Shown: piece by piece, positions 57,004 through 64,000 of the stretch
How positions within the stretch are numbered: the stretch's first letter is position 1
Layout: the number at the start of each line of letters is the position of its first letter
From: Patescibacteria group bacterium
Lineage (GTDB): Bacteria > Patescibacteriota > Microgenomatia > Levybacterales > UBA12049
Assembly (NCBI GenBank): GCA_038064195.1
Contig: JBBTTO010000002.1
Span: 466,387-530,386, forward strand
DNA length: 64,000 nt
Direction of reading: 5' to 3'
Notes under the pieces: model-generated
What the model saw: only the letters and a program-made list of their open reading frames with translations
Told to the model about the DNA's origin: nothing
The model's database searches: none
Translations under genes and position numbers: made by a program

Positions 57004-58740
57004 CTACGAGCTTGTCGTGATGAAAGTATTGCAGAATTGTTCCTGTGAGAGATGCTCCAGAGCAAAAAGGCTAAGAGTCAGATTTTGGGGATACCGCTGT
57101 AAATTGTACTGAGAGCATGTACTGTCATTATAAATCCCGTAGATTCCTCCTCCGTCACGAAGGGAAGGGATCAACAGCGCTGATCCTGATCCGTCCTTAA
57201 ATCCGCATATTGAATCAATAATATAGATTTTAGTCGTGTCTGTTGTGTCTTTAAAATCCCCGCACGACAGAAAAGAAAATGAGCCAAGCTGCGTTGGTCC
57301 ATGGAGCTTTGAAGCCAGATAAACTTTTTTTAAAGTCTCAGCCGGGCTATTTTTGTAAAACATAACTTCAGGAATGAGGTCATTTTTTTTAGCTGAGACG
57401 ATCACTATAGATTTACCGGTGCTTTCAGGCTGGGTAGTATACCTTGACAGCACTCGTGTCGGGAAATCAAAATATCCGCCTAAGGGGAACTGGAAAAAAT
57501 AGATGACAATAAAATTAGCAACAGCCAGGGAATAGAGAATGACAATAAGAAGGGAGGAGTAGATGGGCGATAGCTGAAATCTTTTTCGGAAAGATTGATT
57601 GGCGCTGCCTATGCCATAGGCGATGATAAGCAGGAAAAAGGGAATCATCATGGTGATATGCGGAGTGAAGTTATCTTTTTGAGTATGCAGGAGCTGAGGT
57701 ATGATGCCGGTGAGAGCCAAAACTACTACGAAATAAAATTCTTTAGGTTGTTTGCGATATAACGCGATGAGGCCCAACAGGAGAAAGACACTATCTATCA
57801 TATAGAAAAGTCCCTGACGAAAAAGCGAAAGGAACAAATCCCCTCCGAGGAACAAATAGCTTGGGGAAAATACTGCAAATGCTTTTGAAATTATTTGTAG
57901 GAAATAAATTGTAATTTTATTAATAAGTAATCCTGAAAGAGGGTTGTGCATTGTGATCTTACGAAGTCCGTCCACGTCACTTGCCACTTGCGGGGAGAAA
58001 GGCGTGAGGATTTCAGTAACGCGGGTTGAGGGAGTATAGGCGAGCATGACGGCAGTAACGATTGTTATACAGAGTGCTGCTACTGCTAACCCTACATAAT
58101 AATTCTTATCTTTGTGTCTCGTATTCCAGAGGTAATAACAGGTAATGGCAATCAATGGAAGAAAAATAAGTTTGGTCGCGATGTATGAATAAAAGCCTAG
58201 AAGGAAAAGCGGTAAGGAAAGAAAAATCCAGCGTTTTTTTGTAACAAGTAGTACATAAAGAGCCAGGAGATAAAAAAACATCGCCGGTGCCATCTCATAG
58301 GCAGTCCGTCCGATGTAGACAAACCACGGGTTAAGAGCGAAAGTGCAGGCCGCAATCACGCCGACCCGTTCATTGAAAAGTCTTTTCGCAATCAAATAGC
58401 CAAGAAGTATAGTCAGAGTACTCAGTATCGCACCTAAAATTCTCGCGTTGAAAAGTGAGAGTGAAAATGGCCCGACTAAGTAGGTGAGTAAGAGGTAGGG
58501 AAGCTCGGCTTGAGGATTAGCACCTTTTGGATACTGGAAGAGAAATGGTGAGAGGACAGTGATAGTTCCTGTGATATCAGTCCCTGTCTGATAAAAAGAC
58601 CGGGCATTGAGGACATACTGCAACTCGTCATTGCCGATGGCTGTCGGCAAGCGATCAAGGAGTATAAAGCGTAGAGCTCCGCCGATCGTGAGTGCAAGGA
58701 TAAGGAAAAGGAAAGGAGTTCGTGAGGTTTTTCTGAACAT
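57004..58740 (-). CDS. Polytopic GT-C glycosyltransferase, PMT/ArnT family (minus strand)
   Basis: GNDELQYVLNARSFYQTGTDITG loop motif after the first helix, parallel to the DEVA.GYNAYS motif of 1273, 10535 and 12213. Start chosen at MFRKTSRTPF; an upstream in-frame ATG at 58827 is possible. Confidence 0.65.
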   Translation of the reverse strand: MFRKTSRTPFLFLILALTIGGALRFILLDRLPTAIGNDELQYVLNARSFYQTGTDITGTITVLSPFLFQYPKGANPQAELPYLLLTYLVGPFSLSLFNARILGAILSTLTILLGYLIAKRLFNERVGVIAACTFALNPWFVYIGRTAYEMAPAMFFYLLALYVLLVTKKRWIFLSLPLFLLGFYSYIATKLIFLPLIAITCYYLWNTRHKDKNYYVGLAVAALCITIVTAVMLAYTPSTRVTEILTPFSPQVASDVDGLRKITMHNPLSGLLINKITIYFLQIISKAFAVFSPSYLFLGGDLFLSLFRQGLFYMIDSVFLLLGLIALYRKQPKEFYFVVVLALTGIIPQLLHTQKDNFTPHITMMIPFFLLIIAYGIGSANQSFRKRFQLSPIYSSLLIVILYSLAVANFIVIYFFQFPLGGYFDFPTRVLSRYTTQPESTGKSIVIVSAKKNDLIPEVMFYKNSPAETLKKVYLASKLHGPTQLGSFSFLSCGDFKDTTDTTKIYIIDSICGFKDGSGSALLIPSLRDGGGIYGIYNDSTCSQYNLQRYPQNLTLSLFALEHLSQEQFCNTFITTSS

Positions 58741-58833
58741 AATTCTATGACTTATTGCAGTGTAGGGTATGGCTATCGGCGCGTCAATATCATCATGCTT
58801 TTCGCATGCTTCTTTTTCTGCTATCATAGGCTC

Positions 58834-60345
58834 ATGACTGAAACTACTATGGAGAAGCTCCAGGCTCTTTTTAAGCGTCGGGGATTTGTTTATCCCGGGT
58901 CTGAATTATATGGGGGACTGGCAAATACCTATGATTACGGACCAGTCGGCACGGAGTTACTGCGTAATATCAAAAATCTGTGGTGGAAGTATTTTGTGCA
59001 GAAGCGGGATGATATGGTGGGGCTGGATGCCAGTATTATCTCACATCATAAGATCTGGGAGGCTTCAGGTCACACTGCCGGATTTACTGACGCGTTAGTC
59101 GACTGCAAAAATTGCAAAACCCGTATTCGTGCAGATCATTTACTTGAAGAGTGGATAGGCGTTAACAAACAGGTTGATACTGCGGGTAAATCGTCTCCCA
59201 CACTGACTCAGGAAAAAATAAATGCGGCATTTTATACAGAAAAAGTTGAGGGTTGGACTCCTCAAGAGATGGGTCAGTTCATCAAATCTTTCGCGGTTCC
59301 CTGTCCTGTCTGTGACGGTAATCCCGGGACAGAGTGGACTGATGTCCGTAAATTCAACCAGCTTTTCCCCGTCCAACTTGGTATTGTCGAGGGCGAGCAG
59401 GGACTTGCGTATCTCCGCGGTGAGACGGCTCAGGGTATGTTTGTCGATTTTGACAATGTCGTTAATTCAACTCGCGTGAGACTTCCATTTGGTATAGCCC
59501 AAGTTGGTAAGAGTTTTCGTAACGAAATAACTTTGGGTAATTCTGTTTTTCGTACTATCGAATTTGAACAGGGAGAGATAGAGTATTTCTTCGATCCGAA
59601 GAAAAGTAACTGGGAAGAGCTATTTGCGGCCTGGAAAAATTCCATGTGGAAATTTGTTACCAACGAATTAGGAGTGAAAGAAGAAAATTTGCGCTGGCGT
59701 GAGCATACTGATGAGGAACGATCCTTTTACAGTCAAAGGACAGAGGATCTGGAGTACAATTTCCCGTTTTCGTCCAAAGGACGATCGGCCTCTGGTCGAG
59801 GCTTTAAAGAACTTTGGGGCTTGGCGTATCGTACGGATTATGATTTGTCACAGCATGAGAAGCATGCCAACCGCGAATTAGTTATCAATGATCCAGAGAC
59901 CAATGAGAAGATCAAGCCGCATGTTATCGAGCCGGCTGTGGGTATCAATCGTCTTTTTCTGATGGTTCTTAGCGATGCATATACAGAAGATTCTTCGGGA
60001 GGCTCAGAACAAGCTCGAGTAGTCCTTAAATTACATCCCCGACTTGCTCCATACAAAGTAGCTGTTTTCCCATTACTGAAAAATAAACCTGAGTTGGTTG
60101 AAAAGGCACGGGAAGTTTATGGAATGTTAAAAAACGCAATAGACGGTATTGTCATCTGGGATGACAGGGGTAACATCGGTAAGCGGTATCTCGCACAGGA
60201 TGAGATCGGTACACCTTTCTGTGTCACTATCGATTTTGAGACTTTAGAGGACGGTGCAGTGACTGTCCGTGACCGCGACACCGCACAACAGGAGAGAGTT
60301 AAGATTGAGGAATTAAGTAATTATCTTAAGACCAAACTCAGCTAG
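58834..60345 (+). CDS. glyQS: Glycine--tRNA ligase, alpha2 dimeric type
   Basis: KRRGFVYPGSELYGGLANTYDYGPVG is the N-terminal class II motif region. C-terminal anticodon-binding domain. Start at the first in-frame ATG; the ORF-track start at 58747 overlaps the divergent gene. Confidence 0.85.
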   Translation: MTETTMEKLQALFKRRGFVYPGSELYGGLANTYDYGPVGTELLRNIKNLWWKYFVQKRDDMVGLDASIISHHKIWEASGHTAGFTDALVDCKNCKTRIRADHLLEEWIGVNKQVDTAGKSSPTLTQEKINAAFYTEKVEGWTPQEMGQFIKSFAVPCPVCDGNPGTEWTDVRKFNQLFPVQLGIVEGEQGLAYLRGETAQGMFVDFDNVVNSTRVRLPFGIAQVGKSFRNEITLGNSVFRTIEFEQGEIEYFFDPKKSNWEELFAAWKNSMWKFVTNELGVKEENLRWREHTDEERSFYSQRTEDLEYNFPFSSKGRSASGRGFKELWGLAYRTDYDLSQHEKHANRELVINDPETNEKIKPHVIEPAVGINRLFLMVLSDAYTEDSSGGSEQARVVLKLHPRLAPYKVAVFPLLKNKPELVEKAREVYGMLKNAIDGIVIWDDRGNIGKRYLAQDEIGTPFCVTIDFETLEDGAVTVRDRDTAQQERVKIEELSNYLKTKLS

Positions 60346-61915
60346 TGAGTCTTTCATAAATTACACCTTCATTTGAAATAGGATATAAGCCTGTAATACA
60401 TCCGCCACATTCTCCGTTGTGTAGAAATATCTCTCTGATATCAGCAGGTGTCAGTACTTCCCCTGATTCTTTACGTGCTTGGATAAAGTCTCGTGGCTTG
60501 ATATACGTTACACTATTTGCACCAATTGCTTCTGCTACTTTTACAGGGTCACCATTAAACATCGCTGCTATTAGCTCATCTTGTGTCCTCATGCTGACAC
60601 CTAAATGACACGTATGTTGGACGGGGGGGAATCCAACTGCCCAATGTACTTCTCTAGCACCTGCATTGAATACAGCTCGTGTCATGGCTTTTGCTACTTT
60701 TGAACGGACGATTGTATCATCTCCCAAAACAACAACTTTGTCTTGAAAAATATGGTCACCAGGGACCAAGGAAAGTTTTACGAGTACTTTCTTTTCAATG
60801 CTTTCCATATCGTCATCTCCCTGGAATAGTCTTCTATCAGCTGCTTGATCATAGTGATCCCGAATAATTACGGGACGGTATGGGATACCAGCGCCGATTG
60901 CAACGCCAGCGCTAAACGGAACGCCGGAGTCGGGCATACCAGTTACAAAATCGGCATCTTTAAAAATAGGATTGTACTGAGCTACTGTAATTCCCGCTCT
61001 TTCACGTGCTACATAATTTGATAACCATCTTTCAGGATGAATGCCATCATCTGGATTATCATAAGTAGGCGTTAGCGAATCAGGGCTACTAAAATACGGT
61101 ACCTCGAAGCTACAGTAGTTTCCAGCTCCGAGTTTACCTTCTCTAATAGTGGTTAAGCCGTTTTTGTTAATCCGAACAATTTCATTGCGTAGAACTTCTC
61201 GCTCAGGGTTTATACCTACTTTCTTAAAAGCTTTTGTTTCAGATGCAGCCATCCAACCATCTTTAATTCTTCCTAATACAAAGGGGCGTATTCCAAAAGA
61301 ATCTCTTGCTAGATAGAGACTATCTTCATATGCAATCATCATACTATATGCACCATTTGCACCGGTGTCTTCATCGAGAGATTTGAGGATCTTTTCTTCC
61401 ATACTATCTCCATCGAGTGCTGCTAAGTAATGTGCATATAGGTAGGTATCACTTGTATCTTCAGGGAATTCTTCTCCCGTTAATTCATGGATTTTTCTCC
61501 TCAGGTGTTCTGTAGCGGTGAATTGACCATTATGAATGACTGAAATAGGCGATTGAGTAAAGCGATCAGGAACGACCGCGGGTTGGAAGTTGGTACTATT
61601 ATATCCACCATTTGTACCATAGCGAGCGTGGACTTGATAAATTCCGTAAGGATTATCTTCTGTAAACGAACTTACCAATGAGTCTGTAAAAACCTCTCTC
61701 ATGAGTCCAGATCGAACGACTCGTCGATAGCCGTCATAGGTTGGATAATAAACCCCAGCTCCGAGTTGTCCTCTATGTTGAACACCAGTTGCGGCTTGAA
61801 GAGCTAATCTTACTGCGTGAGGAGTGTCAAGGCTTGGAAGGTAGAGTCCAACAATACCACATTCTTCTTGTAGGGGTTCATCTTCTTCTATAAAGCCGGA
61901 TTCTCTTTCTGCCAT
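60338..61915 (-). CDS. purF: Amidophosphoribosyltransferase-like class II (Ntn) glutamine amidotransferase with PRTase domain
   Basis: An 18-aa propeptide precedes CGIVGLY. QHRGQLGAGV. PRTase-type motif VVVLGDDTIVRSKV. 525 aa. Identity as bona fide PurF is uncertain. Confidence 0.6.
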   Translation of the reverse strand: MAERESGFIEEDEPLQEECGIVGLYLPSLDTPHAVRLALQAATGVQHRGQLGAGVYYPTYDGYRRVVRSGLMREVFTDSLVSSFTEDNPYGIYQVHARYGTNGGYNSTNFQPAVVPDRFTQSPISVIHNGQFTATEHLRRKIHELTGEEFPEDTSDTYLYAHYLAALDGDSMEEKILKSLDEDTGANGAYSMMIAYEDSLYLARDSFGIRPFVLGRIKDGWMAASETKAFKKVGINPEREVLRNEIVRINKNGLTTIREGKLGAGNYCSFEVPYFSSPDSLTPTYDNPDDGIHPERWLSNYVARERAGITVAQYNPIFKDADFVTGMPDSGVPFSAGVAIGAGIPYRPVIIRDHYDQAADRRLFQGDDDMESIEKKVLVKLSLVPGDHIFQDKVVVLGDDTIVRSKVAKAMTRAVFNAGAREVHWAVGFPPVQHTCHLGVSMRTQDELIAAMFNGDPVKVAEAIGANSVTYIKPRDFIQARKESGEVLTPADIREIFLHNGECGGCITGLYPISNEGVIYERLTS

Positions 61916-61980
61916 TCTTGCTTTGAAGCATATCTACCATACATTATATTCGTATTTAGTTCAAGTAATATTTGGATGTG

Positions 61981-62008
61981 TTGACAAAGTACTCGCAGTT
62001 GGTACAAT
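61981..62008 (+). promoter_or_regulatory. Strong sigma70-like promoter TTGACA-N16-TACAAT, 9 nt upstream of the GTG start at 62018
   Basis: Both hexamers are near-consensus. The implied transcript is leaderless or has about a 3-nt leader. Confidence 0.45.
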
Positions 62009-62017
62009 TAATTCAGA

Positions 62018-62518
62018 GTGAAGAATAAGCAGATCATTATCGCAGTCGCGGTAGTCGTAGTTTTACTCCTTATTGGTGGGATATTTATCGTGCTGAAGAA
62101 GTCTCCTGCAGCCAATAGCACGGCTGAGCAAATGGCTTCACTTGATGAGGACGTCATCAAGCTCTCTCCTTCAGACATCGGTTTGAAGATCAACACTCTC
62201 TCCAACAACCACCAGATCAAATTTACTCTTTCAAAGGCCGAAGGTATTACTCATATTGAGTACGAGCTCTCCTATGAGGCTGACTCAGCCGGTGGTTCAA
62301 GTGAGGATGGTGACGGCAGTGGTCGTATCACACGGGGTGTTGCGGGGGAGGATACTATCGATAGTCAGAGTATGTACATCTCCAAGGTGCTGGATCTGGG
62401 AAGCTGCAGTAGCGGTACCTGCCGCTATGACAAAGGTGTCACCGGTATTCACCTCCTCCTCAAAGTGACCAAAACAGATGATAAAGTCTATCAGGTTGAA
62501 GACACTCTCAACTTCTAG
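62018..62518 (+). CDS. Hypothetical N-terminally anchored, probably exported protein
   Basis: GTG start. Helix IIIAVAVVVVLLLIGGIFIVL, then a 140-aa Ser/Gly/Asp-rich hydrophilic domain. Confidence 0.5.
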   Translation: MKNKQIIIAVAVVVVLLLIGGIFIVLKKSPAANSTAEQMASLDEDVIKLSPSDIGLKINTLSNNHQIKFTLSKAEGITHIEYELSYEADSAGGSSEDGDGSGRITRGVAGEDTIDSQSMYISKVLDLGSCSSGTCRYDKGVTGIHLLLKVTKTDDKVYQVEDTLNF

Positions 62519-62605
62519 CCTCCACTAGTTCCATTTTCTTACATTTCTCTTACTACATGTTGTGTTAGTTCTTTCATTTCGGACACTATTTTTATGAAAA
62601 AACTG

Positions 62606-62632
62606 TTGACCCCGATTTGATCGGGGTTGACA
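62606..62632. promoter_or_regulatory. 27-bp near-palindrome TTGACCCCGAT-TTG-ATCGGGGTTGACA (possible operator and/or −35 of an upstream mraZ promoter)
   Basis: 8-bp perfect inverted core ACCCCGAT/ATCGGGGT, flanked by direct TTGAC copies. The right-hand TTGACA is 17 nt from CAAAAT at 62650..62655. Confidence 0.35.
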
Positions 62633-62660
62633 ACCATAATTAAATGGTGCAAAATGGATT

Positions 62661-62705
62661 AAAGTAGTGATAGATAGTGAAGAGTAGTGAAAATCGTGCT
62701 ACAAT
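62661..62705 (+). promoter_or_regulatory. Putative MraZ operator: three 10-bp-phased direct repeats (AAAGTAGTGA / TAGATAGTGA / AGAGTAGTGA) abutting a TACAAT −10 box at 62700..62705
   Basis: TAGTGA recurs at 62665, 62675 and 62685, an exact 10-bp period. TACAAT lies 9 nt downstream and the mraZ ATG 41 nt further on. Confidence 0.5.
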
Positions 62706-62746
62706 GTGGGCGCGATTGAGCGGGAAGACTTGATCGTTAACAATTC

Positions 62747-63184
62747 ATGCTTTTAGGACAGATTGAAGGCAAGCTAAGTAAGAAGCACCAGGTAGCACTT
62801 CCCAAAGAATTTAGGGTCGAGTTAGGAGAGACGGTTATTGTTACCAAGGGATTTAAGACGTATTTACAGATTGTAGCCAAGAAGAACTGGGAAGTATTGC
62901 TTGAAGGGACTAAGGGTAAGCCATTTACCGATCAGGGGACACGCGATTTACAGCGTTTTCTCTTCGGAAATGCGGTTGAAGTTCGGTTGGACACGCAAGG
63001 TCGCATGCTTATCCCTGATTTTTTACGTAGGCATGCCAAATTAGACAAAAAAGTTATTTTCGTTGGTATTGAACGTTACGTTGAACTCTGGGATGTAAAA
63101 GAATTTCAACAATACGATGCAACTGTCGCAAAAGCACCTGAATTGTTAACTATAAATTTGAGTAAGACACAAGGACATGAATAA
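62747..63184 (+). CDS. mraZ: Transcriptional regulator MraZ
   Basis: 145 aa, two tandem halves. N-terminus LLGQIEGKLSKKHQVALPKEFR is typical MraZ. Immediately followed by rsmH, as at the head of dcw clusters. Confidence 0.85.
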   Translation: MLLGQIEGKLSKKHQVALPKEFRVELGETVIVTKGFKTYLQIVAKKNWEVLLEGTKGKPFTDQGTRDLQRFLFGNAVEVRLDTQGRMLIPDFLRRHAKLDKKVIFVGIERYVELWDVKEFQQYDATVAKAPELLTINLSKTQGHE

Positions 63185-64000
63185 CTATCACATACCCGTT
63201 CTTTTACAAGAAGTACTTCAATATTTGGAGATTAAGCCTGGAGGTTCATATATTGACGCGACGTTAGGTGGCGGAGGCCATACCCTTGAGATCATAAAGA
63301 ATGGCGGAAGAGTCCTGGGAATTGACACCGATGATGACGCTATTAACTACGTAACTTCCAACCTCAAAGATCTAGGATCTAAGGTCCAAGATCTGGTTTT
63401 GGCAAAAGGTAATTTTACAGATATAGTATCCATTGCCAAAGAAAATGGTTTTGATCAGGTAGACGGGATCATGATGGATCTTGGTGTCTCGAGTCATCAA
63501 TTTGACACACCTGAGCGGGGGTTTAGTTTTCAGCCGGGACCGCTTGATATGCGCATGAGTCAGACAATATCGGTGACAGCAGCAGATTTGATTAACGGAT
63601 TAACTGAGAAAGAGTTAGTTGAGTTGTTTACCAGACTTGGTGAAGAGCCCTTTGCCAAAAAAATTGCCCGTCTGATTGTTGAGACCCGCAAGCATGAACC
63701 GATACGAACGACTGATCAACTTGCAGGCATGATTAAAGCATTACTTCACGGCACGGATGGAATCCATCCGGCAACACGTGTCTTTCAAGCACTGCGTATA
63801 GCAGTTAATGACGAATTAAATGTCTTGCGGGATAGTTTGCCGCAAGCAGTTGGACTGCTTAAACCCGGGGGGAGATTGCTGATCATCTCATTTCACTCAC
63901 TTGAGGACAGGATCGTTAAGCAAGCATTTACACAATTTGAAAATCAGGGTTTGGGAAAAATTCTCACCCAAAAACCGGTTACAGCCAGTGATACGGAAGT
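63177..64000 (+). CDS. rsmH: 16S rRNA (cytosine1402-N4)-methyltransferase RsmH/MraW, 5' part; runs off the window
   Basis: Translation MNNYHIPVLLQEVLQYLEIKPGGSYIDATLGGGGHT carries the RsmH SAM-binding GGGGH motif. Overlaps the mraZ stop by 8 nt. No stop codon before the window end. Confidence 0.85.
   Translation, partial: MNNYHIPVLLQEVLQYLEIKPGGSYIDATLGGGGHTLEIIKNGGRVLGIDTDDDAINYVTSNLKDLGSKVQDLVLAKGNFTDIVSIAKENGFDQVDGIMMDLGVSSHQFDTPERGFSFQPGPLDMRMSQTISVTAADLINGLTEKELVELFTRLGEEPFAKKIARLIVETRKHEPIRTTDQLAGMIKALLHGTDGIHPATRVFQALRIAVNDELNVLRDSLPQAVGLLKPGGRLLIISFHSLEDRIVKQAFTQFENQGLGKILTQKPVTASDTE

Noticed and set aside
62594-62620. 8-codon mini-ORF (MKKLLTPI) overlapping the 27-bp palindrome
   Set aside because: Too short and without an obvious RBS or attenuator partner structure. 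Most likely a coincidence of an AT-rich region.
1-64000. Alternative genetic code (UGA recoded as Gly, as in some CPR lineages)
   Set aside because: Many genes end cleanly at TGA with the next gene starting immediately (for example 9753 and 42132). Reading through TGA would fuse unrelated families. TAG and TAA are also used, so standard code 11 fits.
1-64000. CRISPR arrays, tandem repeat arrays, tRNA, rRNA, transposases, integrases and phage genes
   Set aside because: No spaced direct repeats were seen. No cloverleaf-capable conserved tRNA motifs appear in the few gaps. No DDE or tyrosine-recombinase-like ORFs. The island is almost 98% coding with biosynthetic genes, so there is no evidence for a mobile or defence element.

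Overview
The window is low-GC (about 40%), almost gap-free and almost entirely on the + strand, with many ATGA or 4–35 nt start/stop overlaps. This organisation is typical of a small-genome monoderm bacterium, possibly CPR/Patescibacteria-like; that placement is inferred from organisation only. TGA and TAG are used as stops, so the code is standard.

Positions 1–56368 form one very large cell-surface glycan biosynthesis and glycosylation super-locus of about 46 genes:
- GT-A/GT-B transferases: roughly 11 GT2, 10 GT4 and one truncated GT4 fragment.
- Polyprenol-phosphate sugar synthases: two GtrB/DPM1-like genes.
- Polytopic GT-C-type membrane enzymes: at least 5 PMT/ArnT-like (three in tandem-like paralogy, one PMT_2-like, one on the minus strand), 2 YfhO-like paralogs, and several uncharacterised polytopic proteins.
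- Und-P pathway components: a Wzx-like flippase, a 1027-aa O-antigen-ligase (Wzy_C)-like fusion protein, an initiating polyprenyl-phosphate sugar-phosphate transferase, and ManC.
- Sugar modification: GalE, a UDP-GlcA 4-epimerase-like SDR, an AsnB-like amidotransferase, two SAM methyltransferases, a hexapeptide acetyltransferase, and a DegT-family enzyme whose catalytic Lys is replaced by His188 (ColD/E1-like sugar 3-dehydratase signature).
- A DUF4012-like exported protein closes the island.

Housekeeping genes follow: short recO, another PMT/ArnT-like GT-C on the minus strand, glyQS, a minus-strand purF-like amidotransferase, a small anchored hypothetical, mraZ, and the start of rsmH.

Two regulatory patterns stand out. 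A −10-like box (TGnTACAAT, TGnTATCAT or TATAAT) sits only 6–14 nt upstream of several start codons, suggesting leaderless or near-leaderless transcription. Three 10-bp-phased TAGTGA direct repeats abut a TACAAT box upstream of mraZ, consistent with an MraZ operator.

No rRNA, tRNA, CRISPR or transposase was found. I read the island as a multi-module polyprenol-phosphate-dependent extracytoplasmic, possibly protein O-, glycosylation system of unusual size and redundancy.
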